64,000 nt of DNA. Origin: Thalia democratica (lineage: Eukaryota). The stretch is from the NCBI GenBank assembly GCA_965202585.1, contig OZ241826.1:23064001-23128000 (forward strand), in the 5' to 3' direction. This document shows, in pieces, positions 50,961 through 63,427 of the stretch; positions within the stretch are counted from its first letter, which is position 1; every line of letters begins with the position of its first letter. Both the position numbers and the translations under genes were made by a program. The notes beneath the pieces are model-generated. The model was given only the letters and a program-made list of their open reading frames with translations. It was not told the DNA's origin and did not search any database.

Positions 50961-51219
50961 TTTACTACTACGAAACTTTATAACTACGAAACGACTCACA
51001 GCTCTACCAAAATACATAACTGTACGATATAAAGAAAATTAAAACATAAGATCAACTTTTTAATTATTCCGTTAAACATAAAGATAAAAATATTCATTGT
51101 TATTTTTGTGACAAATCGTTTTATACTTCCAATCAATTAGATTAACAAAATGCCTCTCCAGTCATTACTTAGTCAAAAGTTAACACCAACTTGGCTAATT
51201 AGAAAAAAAGCCCAAAAAA

Positions 51220-51860
51220 TGCTGAAGTATTTGTAAATAATGTGAAAAGCACAGTAAACAAAATCTTTCGAGCGCTTGACAAACAGTCTTTAGAGTCGCA
51301 GTTAAACAAAGCTAAACCTTATAGCCCGAAAAAAATTCCCAATATTATTGAAACTACCATATGTCGGTTCCAATTAAAAATCAATTGAGAAATAGATAAT
51401 TTAATCAAAACAATCAGAATCAATTTTTCAGTAAATCCCAGAATTCTCTTTACTTCTAAACCAATACTCAAACGATCAGGAAAAGACCCAATAGTACCAG
51501 AAGAAAAAATTCTTGTAGTTTACAAGTTTAAATGCTAGTGTGAAAGTAAATTGAATAAAAAATTTTATCACCTAAAAACAAAAATAAAAGAACATGTTCC
51601 AAAATGTATTGTTTTGTACATTAGTGAAAAAAAATAAAAAGAGTGTAGCAGTCAAAAATACGATGAAAAAAGAAGCTAAATTGAACACTTAGTAAATAAT
51701 ACTTGTTGTGAAAACAATTTTGATATTTCAAAATTTAGTGTTATGAGAATGTTCAAATACTTTGGAATTATTAAGATTGAAAGCCATTGTAACACATTTG
51801 AATAAACCTAACTTATGTAAAAAAAGAATTGGACTACACTTTATCCTTATTTACTTTAAG
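51220..51860 (+). mobile_element. Penelope-like element relic C (thumb/linker and GIY-YIG)
   Basis: RILFTSKPILKRSGKD, VVYKFKC*CES, LKTKIKEHVPK. Confidence 0.75.
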
Positions 51861-52269
51861 CTATTTGTGATAATTTAATCTTTAATTTTCCTTATGTTGT
51901 ATACGCTTGAGTTTACTTAGTTGATTAATTGTATATTTATGTAACATATATCGTTTACGTTTAATCTTAGTTTATTGTTCCAATTGTATTTTCCCCGATG
52001 AAAATTGATGAAATATATTTGAAAAAAAAAGAATTTGAGTTATCTTATTTATACAGTAAAGTTGTTTAAACAGCCTGATTTTTAAGCTGTTAAAATCCTA
52101 CTATATTTTACATGTAGAAATATGTAGGGCAAGACCGCTTGATGCAGAACATACTATGATGATAGTTCTATACCACTTGCATTCTGAACAAAGGGCAGGA
52201 GACCTTAATTCTAAAATAAAAACAAAACTGTCTTTTTACAAAATTATACATTCTACATTATGTATTATA

Positions 52270-52800
52270 CATTTTTTAGACACTACTGACATGTTTGACC
52301 AAAAATTCATTTCAATTATAAAGTCAGCCAAGCTTATGGACTACCATAATAACAAAGATAGAATCATAAAATATTTTGACAGCACTGTAAAGGTTAAATA
52401 CGTGGCACTCTATTACAAGTATTCGCTTTTGTTTAACATTAAAAGTGTAGTAAAATTACACTACATTGAACGCTGTTTTACGTTGGTCAGCAAACTGAAA
52501 GACTTTACACAACAAGACTGTGAAGATACTCACCAGCCCAGAATTGGATATCGATTCGGAAATGCAAGTGTTTTAAGTAGCAGTCAATTGCTGTCAGAAG
52601 CTGTTTTAAACCTTATGTTAAAATATAATATTTTAATCTGTGAAGCCGAAGATTGTACTAAGATAATAAAAGAGGCTTAACGGTACAGACATACGCATCA
52701 TAGAAGTAATAGCTTGCTTCATACAAGTAGGCTTTGCAATCAGAGCAAGCTCAACCTAATGATCATTTGTGGACTTGTAGGTATCAAAAAGAAACAAAAT
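52270..52800 (+). pseudogene. BACK/kelch-like gene relic 1
   Basis: LHYIERCFTLV followed by a frameshifted SSQ..IDSE and RLCNQSKLNLMIICG. Paralogous to 56240-56640. Confidence 0.55.
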
Positions 52801-53403
52801 TGCGAGAATTGGCGGTGAAAATTTTATAAGTTTCACCTCGAATGGCTCATCAAAAAATTAGTCCAAAAGTAGTATTTTGCAAAGGCGATTTAAGCGTTTT
52901 CGGAAGCGTATATAAAGAGGTTGAACTCATTGAAAAATTTAGTTTGGCCACCAGGACTTAGGCCATTTTGCGAACAAAATGTTGTAAGGATGTTTTCGGT
53001 ATCAGTAGGGACCATCCGTAAAAAAATTCAAAACAAGATACAACAAACACATGCATAGCTTCAGAAATAAAAATCTGAAAGAATCCACAAAATTAAGCTC
53101 ATTTTTTTAGACCATTTATCCATAGCAATGATTCTTTCACAATTGAAATACTACAGTATAGTTTTAGGAAAATTGAATCAGATATGACTCTGAAGAAATT
53201 GCCTGGTACCTTACCTATAGGAGATCTTATGCTCAAATTTTTATAGTCGCAGAAAAATAAGATGAAGGTCCAACTACTGGTTCATTTGGGTTTATCAGCT
53301 GACCCATTCAGACTCATATTTGCTTTTCAATTTTTAATAACAAAGCAACATTAACAGACCACACAACTGTTAACAGAAATAAATATTATATATAAAACTA
53401 AAA

Positions 53404-54145
53404 GCAAGAACATGGTGGTAAAAGAGAAATTTAAAGGAAAACATAGGGTCTCTCTCGCAATGCAAAAAAAATGTTAAAGATGTAAGAAGCGCAAGGTATA
53501 TGTTGACCTATTCAACAAACAGCAACATGGTGGTAAAAGAGAAATTTTTGTGGTGGATAGAAAAATAAAGGGTCTCTTTCTCTCAATGCAAAAAAAAAAT
53601 AACAAAGTTGTTTGAGGCGCAGGGTATATGTTGACATATTCAACGAACAGCAACATGGTGGTAAAAGAGAAATTTTTGTGGTGGATAGAAAAATAAAGGG
53701 TCTCTTTCTCTCAATGCAAAAAAAAAATAACAAAGTTGTTTGAGGCGCAGGGTATATGTTGACATATTCAACGAACAGCAACATGGTGGTAAAAGAGAAA
53801 TTTTTGTGGTGGATTGAAAAATAAAGGGTCTCTTTCTCTCAATGCAAAAAAAAAATAACAAAGTTGTTTGAGGCGCAGGGTATATGTTGACATATTCAAC
53901 GAACAGCAACATGGTGGTAAAAGAGAAATTTTTGTGGTGGATTGAAAAATAAAGGGTCTCTTTCTCTCAATATAAAAAAATATAAAAGTTGTTTGAGGCG
54001 GAGGGTATGTGTTGACCTGTTCAAAATTGTGGTAAAAGAGAAATTAATATGCCGAATGGGAAATTAGAGGGTCTCTCTTAATTCTCAAAAAATATTGAAA
54101 TTGCTAGAAGCGCAGTGTATGTGTTGACTTATTCAACAAGCAGCA
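53404..54145. repeat. 128 bp tandem repeat, ~6 copies (3 nearly identical, outer copies degenerate)
   Basis: Unit agcaacatggtggtaaaagagaaatttttgtggtgg...gaggcgcagggtatatgttgacatattcaacgaac. ORF-track starts at 53656/53784/53912 confirm the 128 bp period. Confidence 0.95.
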
Positions 54146-55344
54146 TTAAGACATTACACAAATAACAATAAACAATAAATAAATAAAAACATACATCTTT
54201 TAAAAGTTTAAATGCATGCAGAGAGCGTTAATAAGCAAGTAACAATCATTCTAGATTTGAAACTTATAATTCACATGTCAAATAAATTCATAATTTGAGC
54301 AAGTTTACAACAAACTCTTGACAAAAAAAATTGAGCTAGTAAACAAAAAAATTGGAAATTATACCATTATGCTAAATCAAAAAATATCTACCTTTAGCTA
54401 GAAGACGCTAAACTACACTTAGCAAACAACTCATTCAAGATTAAAATCAATTTTACTAAAAATATGTCTTATGACTTTTTTGCATATTTATAACAAAAAA
54501 GAGACATAAATATACCGACTTGTTAATACAAAGTATAAAAGTTTTGACCGTTTTGATAAAGCAAGTGTCAATTTTCAATTACACAATGATACAAAACTGT
54601 ACTTAGCATTTAACTCATTTATAATTAAATTTGACCACAACGACAGCAAACTATTTAAAAATAACTGGCATACCAATTTAAAATAAAGAGAATGAGCGGG
54701 TGTCATCCTGCACCACATTAAGTCGAATAACAATGCGCCGAAGCAGGAAGTATAGAATAAGATGAGAAAATTATACCTAACTTTATATCAAAGATAAAAA
54801 CAACCTAATAACGGCACTAAGAGAACTTTAAAAGGAGACGAATTACACCTCGCCTTGTATTTATTAGAAGATGTAATGGATATGTACGTATATACTACGT
54901 TTTACGTTAATTCAGAAATTCATAAAGAGAACGCATATATTCTATTTGTTTAATAGTTGTAACAATGAAATCGACTTTTAATGAACTCGGATGCCAGTGT
55001 AAAACAAAGAAAATGCGCGGGCGTCATACTGCACCGTATTAAGTCGAATAACAGAGCGCCGAAGCAGGAAATATTGTGTTATTTGGGTTGGTGAGAAGTG
55101 AAAAGTTTAACTTTAGTTCCCTATAGAAAAAATTGATTTTAAGGTAGATACTAACTTAAAAAAAGGGCATTTAAGGAATAATTAAGTATTTCATAGAGAA
55201 TGTAATAGTAACCAAAAAGGTTAAAATATGTTTGTTAGCCAACAACTTAGTTTACAGAACTATACGTTTAAAATATATTGAACTAGAAGATGAAAGTTTA
55301 ATAAGGGTCATCATAATTTTCAAAGTTGTAGTAAACGAAGTAAA

Positions 55345-55634
55345 AACATCTAAAATTTATAAACAGTGCATTAAGGCTACAATTGTGATGTTTGCTTCAA
55401 AGAGTTTACTTACAATTCACTTGTGACTACCCACACAAGAACTCACACGCCAATAAAAAACCTTTCAAATGTCTGAGTTGTGGAAAATTTTTCAAGACCA
55501 GGCATCATTTAAAAAATCACAGAATAACACACAGTAGTCAAAATGTGTATATTTGCGTTTATAATTACTTCAAAATGCGAAAGAAAGGTTACACAAGTGA
55601 CGTTTACTTCAAATTTAATTATATTCAAGGTTAA
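55345..55634 (+). pseudogene. Best-preserved C2H2 zinc-finger relic
   Basis: HKNSHANKKPFKCLSCGKFFKTRHHLKNHRITH (one complete C-x2-C-x12-H-x3-H finger). Confidence 0.7.
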
Positions 55635-56239
55635 CATTTGTTTAAAATCCACTCGTAACAAAAAACCGTTTAAATACCTTGTTTGTGGGAAAGGTTAAAA
55701 GAATGACTATTAATCATAGTAGAACCAAACTGCCAAATAAAGCTAGCTTGAATCCGTAAAAGTATTCTGGGACTGCAGAGCTCTCACGCTTACTTCACAG
55801 CGAGAAGGGATATCAGCAAATATGAAGAGTTTTGTTGTACGGGCAAACCCATAGTTCTAAACTAAAGTCTCACCCTTGGCTAAAACTTCAAAACATTTAT
55901 AACATTGATACACCACGTATCGACTTTACCTGTAACTACAAATACTTTCTAATGAAGAACTAAAAGCTCAAGAGCAACAGTTAAACACAAATCCAATATG
56001 GTTTGAAAAAGGAAGCGTCTGAAGGAAGCTTTGTAGTAAATATATTTATTTATTTTCTATAACAGAAATCAACTAATATAATAAACTGCCAGTTTGTTAG
56101 ATATGAGATATGAAGAGTAAATGTTTTCATGGCTAAGCAATGATTCTGTCGGCGTTGACAGTACTGCCCTCATTACAAGAGTCTAGTTCCTTTGTGAATC
56201 CTTATGGTATTACAATATAGATTTTATTTATACTTTTTC

Positions 56240-57200
56240 AGACACTACGAACATGTTTAACTATAAATCAGTTCAATCGTAAAGTCAGCTAAACTTATGG
56301 ACTATAATCACAACAAATATATAATCATCAAATGCTTTGATAGCACTGTAAAGGTTAAAAACGTGGCACGCTACCTCCAGTATTTCCGCTAGTTTAAAAA
56401 TGTAAAAATATCGCTGCACTACATTGAACGCCATTTTAGTTTGGTCATACTTTACACAAATAGACTGTGCTTGCGTGAAACAGATAATCGCCAGCTCAGA
56501 ATTAAACATCGATTCGGAACTGCAGGTGTTGCAAGCAGCAGAGTCCTGGGTTAAGTGCAACAGAAAGCAAAGAAGCAAGTTTTCCAAAGACCTTGTGTCT
56601 AAAGTACGTCTTACATTAATGTCATGGCCTGCTTAAAACCATATGTTAAAACATAAGGAATTGAGGAGACGGCTTCATCTGTCACATAAGTATCAGTGTA
56701 GCACCAGACTAAGTTGTCCACAATGCAGAGATTTATACTGCTATTGTTTCAAAAACGTGTTTGCTATATGTGAAGAAGTGTAAGACAGACATGTTCTTTA
56801 CAGAGATTCATAACTAATTTAAGTATTTGCTACATTGGCAAAACTAAACAAGATGCTGTACCATTGTGTTTGCACCTAGATGAACCACAAAATAAAACAG
56901 ATACTGCAATATTTGGCTAAACTGTCAAACAAATTCAAAAATTTGGAAATGACAATAAAAAATACGAATTGACTTGGAAAATACTAGAAAGAAAACATAA
57001 ATAAAGACCCAGAATAGAAACGTGCAGATTGTGGTTGAAGGAAGCACTACTGATTCTTCAAGTTGATAAAAATTGCATAAACTGCTTTTGTTTCCAAAAC
57101 ATATTTGCTATTTCTGAATAAATGTGAGACAGACATGTTTTTAAAAGGATTTAAAAGTAATTTAAGTATTTGCTTTACTGGAAATATTACTAACAAACAA
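56240..57200 (+). pseudogene. BACK/kelch-like gene relic 2, interrupted by a Penelope EN fragment
   Basis: IIASSELNIDSELQVLQAAESWVKCNRKQRSKFSKDLVSKVRLTLMS is a BACK-domain signature. A ~110 bp degenerate direct repeat (56745-56855 vs 57083-57205) may be kelch-repeat remnants. Confidence 0.7.
56940..57085 (+). mobile_element. Penelope GIY-YIG C-terminal fragment
   Basis: KYELTWKILERK...TCRLWLKEALLIL resembles the WKIL...CxLCxxE tail of PLE endonucleases. Confidence 0.55.
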
Positions 57201-58486
57201 GGTTTTAAACTGAAAACTAGATAAGAATGAAATAATTAAATAGGTCAAGATTATTTATTGATATCAAATTTATGTCAATTAAATTTGACAATCTATACTT
57301 AAAACTACTAAATAAAAATTTCTCTAATACAAATGAATTAAACAAGTTGTTTAGTAGAAAATTAATTAAATTTGTTACAGTTGCACCCCAAATATCTAAG
57401 CAATTACAGCGGTTACTTGGAAAACGCGAACAGAATCTGACCAATACAACTGCAAGAACTTTTAATAATTTAGTATTACAGTTGTCTTTCGCTGAAGTTC
57501 ACATTCTGAACATAACAGCTACTGAATAGAAAGTTAGTAGCTGAGAATTATTAGTCTAAATAAAAAAGAAACCTGAGCAATCTTTATTTTTAAATCTGGT
57601 TAAAAATTGTGAACTGAATAAGAAGTGCGCACTGAAATGAGTACTTGTCATAATATGTGCACTCAGATTTCGTATTTACCTTTAATTGCGTACTTGAAAC
57701 GCGTACCTAAGGTGAAGGTAATGGCTAAATCGATCAAAATCTTTAAAAATTTACAAAATTTTGTGTGGCAACCCTGTATTGGCTTCCCATATGATAGGTA
57801 TAATTGTATACAGAAAATGTTGTGTGACCATCAAAAAGCTGAACAATTTCATATTAATAGACATGTCTATTACGAACAATAAACGGTCAATGACAAAAAG
57901 AATTTAGTAAACGTTGAATACACACACCTATGTTATATAAAAGACATAAGGGGACATGAAAAGGGTGTTTAGGATGAAAAGTAGGATGTTAGCTGATTTT
58001 ATGAACCTATAAGAGTTTTAGCTGCTGATGACTTTTGAAAAGAATTTGAAAATGCTCTTGTCGTTAGAAAACTTGTTTAAAAGTAAGAATTTTCTAAAAA
58101 CAATTTCAAGTAGAGCACTACAGGAGTATAATGTTAGTTGACTTTCTTAAGTGTACTTCAATTGTTTTAGCTTATAATACAATTTTTTTAAAACAAATTT
58201 TATTCAAATAATACAACAGAAATCAAATAACACAAGTTAGTTTATATGTAATTTTCTTTCAACATGATGGATTTTTTGTTTATTATAAACAGAATCCAAT
58301 GAAATTTAGTTGATAAAAAAAACAAGAAATGATGTTGAACTAGGTAAGCAATTTAAATTAGTAAGACCTTGTGTAATAAACCAAGTTATAATCGATAATG
58401 TAAACCAGGTTCATTTCACCAAGTTTTAAAAATATACAAACTTATGCCTTGGCTACTTTAGTCTGCTTGAAGTTTTTTAACAAGTA

Positions 58487-61400
58487 ATGATAAGTATTTG
58501 TTGTCTTAATGTCTTAATATCAAACAAAGTAAAAGGTATTGACCTGGACCTACTCTTAATTCAACAAAAACGAAAATTAGTTAATCAGTTAAAGGAAATG
58601 GAATTACAAACTAACAATAAAATTTTGTTTCTAAAATTAAATTGTAGTGAAAAGAAATCTGCTAAAAAAGTTATCTTTAATACAAAAAGTAAGTATAAAA
58701 GAAAAATCACGTGGTTAACTACCAAACAATCAAAAACTGCTAAAAGTTCAAACATTACTCCAAAATGTTATCCTGAACCAAAATCCCTCAAAAACAAAAA
58801 AGACCGACAGAGATACTTAAAAAAAAAGAAACAAAAATTACCAACTTAAGAAAATAAAACATTTAATGATCTAATATTAAACAAATCGAAATTAGATTTA
58901 AATAAATTTGACAAGCAACTTCTATCTTTTGGAAAACAATTTATTTCTACTCCTAAGTGGGATAAACGAGTTGTTCAAAAAGAACGTGAAAATCTACTGA
59001 AACACATACGAGCGTTAGAATGGAAAGATATATTTGAAAATAAAGAGAAAGTAGAAGATGATATTAGTTACAACATTAGTGACAAACTCAACGTCCCAAA
59101 TTTTTCAAGACCTGAGAATAACGAAGTATCAGAAAATGTAAAATCTTACATACATGTCATTAAAAATAAGTTTATAAATTTAACAAATGATGTGATACTA
59201 AATATAAAAGAAATAACCTAAATAAAAACTAACTAATATCTCTGAAAAAATTAAAATTAAAATTACAAAAGACAGATATAGTAATAGACTATTCTGATAA
59301 AGATAGTAAAACGATTATAATTGATTACGATGATTACATAAAGATAATAAATGATACTCTAGAAAAGAACAACACAAAACTTCCGTTAAAGGAACTCAAG
59401 GTTAGGGAAATAATCAATAAGAATAAAAAAGAAATAAATAAACTGTAATGAGTCTGTGTGAAAACAGCATTATTGATGAAAATATACTATATAAAACCAC
59501 AGGAATAATAAGAACAAAACTTAGTAATTTTAGAAAAGCCACTAACAGTAAAGCAAAGTTCTTTTCAAACATGAACTGCGGCTATATTTATCTGCTCTGG
59601 AAAACACATAAGCTGTCACCTGAGCAGCTGAAAGAATGGGTTATCAATGTTATTTCTGTCAGAATAGTCCAGGCAGCTGGAAATACCTACCTTAGCAGAA
59701 TAACTGCTATGTTAAATTTACTTTTAGATCTTGTAAGTAGAAAATACTGCCAATTTAGACTTAATGAATATTGTAAAGATTCTAAGAGCTACTTGGAAGA
59801 TTTAAAAGCCTGGAAATTATCAAACAAAGATACAAACTAATAGTGAATACTGCTGACGTTGTTAATTTGTATCCATCACTTGAAGTAAGCCTTATATGCT
59901 TTAGAAGAATCCCTAACACTGTGCACTAATTACAATAATAGTATGATCAAATGTATTATCAAACTATGTAAGATGGCGATACACAATAACTTCATACAAT
60001 TCAGAGAATGCTACTTCAAACAAAAAAAAGGTATAACTACCGGGGACAACAATTCAGTTGCAATTGCTAATATCACATTACATTTCATCATGTTAAAGTA
60101 AAGAATACAAATAAAGTATTTCTAATTAAAAGATTCATTGATGAAATTGTATTTATATCAGAAAACAAAGAAATTGCCAATGAGTTAATCAAAAATTTAA
60201 ATGACACAATTGAAAAACATAATCTTAAAATAACATCAAGTAGAATGTCTGAAGATAAGACAACAATTTCTTTCTTAGACGTTCTAAATAATGATAGTGA
60301 AATCAAATTTTTTAAGACAAAAAGATTTATAAGGGAGACTGCAACAAACGCAGCTTTTCTAAATGGTGGATCATACCATCCACAAAATGTCTTTAAAGGA
60401 ATCATAACCGAAGAAATCAAACGCCTCAAAAGATTAAATGAAGACGAAAAAGATGTTAAGAAAAATTAACTGAAACTAGAAAATAAATGCATAAATCCAA
60501 TTTTAATCCCAATTTAGTTAAAAACCAGTTTAAAAAAGTTAGTGAACTTAACTCCAGTGAGAGTTCAAATAAACAAAAAAACAAAAGTCTAAGAATATAT
60601 ACTGGTCATCTCAATTTAAAACTTTTTTAAGATTTACGAAAGATTATTCGCACTTGCAAAAACATCTTTCACAAAACCAAGTAGTATAGGTCAATTGCTG
60701 AATACATTTAGTTGTATAGCTAAAAAGGGAAGCAACGTACCTAATAATAAGAGCAAAAAATGCAAAAATTGTGCATTTTGCGGAAAATACAGTAATTATT
60801 AAGACATGATAGATGAGAATAGTTACATAAAATCAGTTGAAAACAGAGTAATAAACTTGAAACTAAAATTAAACTGTAAAAGTTACGGAATATATTCTGC
60901 TCAGTGTACAATATGCAAAGAAACTTATGTAGGTCAGACTAAAAACAATTTCAACGTAAGATGGAATGCACATAGAAACAACTGGAAAAAATTCAAAAAA
61001 AATTTAACTTGGTTGGTAAGGGAGACGAATCTGCATTATTTAAATACTACTTTGATAATCATCATATTGATATTGAGATTATAGGATTGGACAGTGCCTG
61101 CAAGATAATGTTTTTAGAACAACCAGAATTTATAAATTTAGACTACAAAGAAAGTTTATGGATAAAGAGTTTAAATGCAAAAATTAACTTGAACAAAACA
61201 ACTTATGAAGATTTAATATTTTAGAACTTGGTATTTTGGGATTATTAGGAAAAGAGCATTTTTGTAAATTGTGTTTTGGCTTGTTTACCCGATGCATTTA
61301 TGAGTTGTTAGTTATTAGAGTCTTAGTTTTAAAAAAATTTTGTATGATAGTTAATTGTTTGATAATATGAAATGTTTTAAATTTATATAGCCTAAAAGTC

Positions 61401-61520
61401 TAGGTTTTAACTTTTATTTAATTTTGTTTACCTTATAACTTAGTTACTATTAATTTTGTTTTTACAACTTCATCCGTTTATCGCTTGATAATGTTTTAAT
61501 AAACGAAAGTACTAGTAAAT
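58487..61520 (+). mobile_element. Near-full-length decayed Penelope-like element D of a divergent type
   Basis: LLSFGKQFISTPK, TADVVNLYPS, QKKGITTGDNNSVAIANI, RFIDEI, FLDV, SYHPQNVFKGII, GIYSAQCTICKETYVGQT. Many stops/frameshifts. Degenerate hammerhead-like motif at 61485-61514. Confidence 0.9.
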
Positions 61521-61696
61521 CAAAAGCATATTATTTGTTAATTTTCAAGACAGTAGAAGCAATATTGTTTTTTTTTACAATAATTTTGTTATATTTGTCT
61601 TAATTTCTTATCATGTTTTTTTTTATTATGTTCTTCAGGATCAAAACTAGTTTTTGTTTCCAATACTTAAAAAGCTAATGCAAAACTAATGGGCTA

Positions 61697-62082
61697 CTAA
61701 GGGTTTTGTGAGCGTGGATTTCCTAATGAACCTGCCTTTTTTGTTTGCATTGTATGTAAAGCATTCAGAAAGTATATCTCAAACATTCTATATGTTATCT
61801 ATTGTTCACAAACCAGCAAAACATACATAAACATACGTTTTAGCAGTTATGGGTATCTGAATAAAGTAAAAAGAATAATGTTAAACATGTGAACAGCATG
61901 TGTTTCAAATTTGAATTAAATAGTAATAAATCAAACTATTAACACTTCTAATAAGTATTTTTATTTAAGTTCTAAATTCAGTTACTTGCTTTACAAAGTT
62001 GTTCGTAACATTTGAATGAAGAGCAATGTGCTTTCCAATAACAATGGAACAGCTAAAAAATATACATATTAGAATAAAAGTC
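61697..62082 (-). CDS. Probable last three exons of a minus-strand host gene (product unknown, possible TM segment)
   Basis: Exons 62082-61986, 61856-61837 (20 nt) and 61787-61697 join in phase with GT-AG ends: ...TFILICIFFSCSIVIGKH...QIPITAKTMFEIYFLNALHTMQTKKAGSLGNPRSQNP*. Confidence 0.4.
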
Positions 62083-63427
62083 CTGAAAAATGAAAACAAG
62101 TTGCATTCAGTAATGTTCTGAAGCATCCACTCTACGCATTTATGAATAAACTTTTAAAACAATCTCGAAACAAGGCTTTAAAGATTTGTTTTATAATATT
62201 AAAGCAGATAATTAAAGCTATTCAGTCCTTTTTTAAATAACTTAGGGTAATTTCTGATATCTTTTGTATATAAGTTACAGTACTTGTAATTATGTGGTTT
62301 TAATATCATACATAGTTTTTGAAAGTGTCAGAAGACTTGAGAAAATCAGAAAGGTAACAAAAAGGTATGTATTTTTAAAAAATCAAATGAAAACGAAAAT
62401 ACAGGCAACCCTGCATGTATACAAGTAGAGAATATTTCTATTATATAAAGATGGTTCCAGGGTTTTCTATTTGATATAGCTCAAATAAAAATAGAGTCAA
62501 GGGTGTCTGATGCAAAAAAATAAATTAATTCAAGAGTTCACTTGAAAGATGAAAACTAACTAAATAAAATTATAAGACCTATATATACTAAAGAATGAAT
62601 TAACTAACAAGCAGAACGATCATTTTACAGATATCAGATTTCAAGTTTTGTCAACTGTTTGAGCATTTCAATAATAATTAACAGATAAAACATAATAAAC
62701 AGTTTTTAAAACTTGTTATAAATGCTAATAACAAAATGTATTTGTTCCAATCAAATTATATAAATTTACAACTTAAAAAAGTTTTTTATATTTGTTTTTG
62801 TAAGCATAACTACTTGCAAAACTTTATTATGTATCACCTTTTTTTGTAATTTTATTTTTTAGAAACAAATACAGCATCAATTTAAAATTTTTCAATAAAG
62901 GTAGTTTACTTAGACTAGAGGCATATTTCAATTTATATATTTTTTTTTGTAGCACAATTGTAAATTTTTTCAAATAAAAGGTTCTTTCTATAAAACATAA
63001 AACTTAGATGTACAGGTTACGAGTTTTCAATAGCTACCAACTAAAAATTCAACTTTGAGTACAAAACTTTGGGCAAAGTCGACTGTTCACTCTCAGAAAC
63101 TGTTTCTTAACTTTTAGTCTTTTAGAACTACTTATGGTGCCAAACCAATCTTTAAATTAAAACAAATGAGAAAAAGCAACAAGACAATGTAAGACTTAGT
63201 AAACAATTTGACATTTTCATAAACACAGGGAGTATTTGGAATAACATACTTACCAAGCTGAAACACTGGTCAAAAAAAGGTTTCTTTTTTGTACAAAAAA
63301 AAGCAAGACATAAAATGATATTATAACTAAAAAAACATCAGCAATACTTAATTGCACGCTCATTTGTAATTTAACATACTTTGGAGCTTCAGTTTTAAAC
63401 TAATCAAACACATGCTTTATAAAGAAG

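Noticed and set aside
53474-53912. Three near-identical 60-90 aa minus-strand ORFs
   Set aside because: They are artefacts of the 128 bp tandem repeat.
53404-54145. Possible CRISPR-like array
   Set aside because: The units are contiguous full-length repeats with no unique spacers, there are no cas genes, and the context is eukaryotic.
58010-58062. ctgatga...gaaa hammerhead-like string upstream of PLE D; similar weak strings at ~44668 and ~51988 and ctgacgaggac at ~38344
   Set aside because: Stems I-III cannot be formed convincingly, or GAAA is missing.
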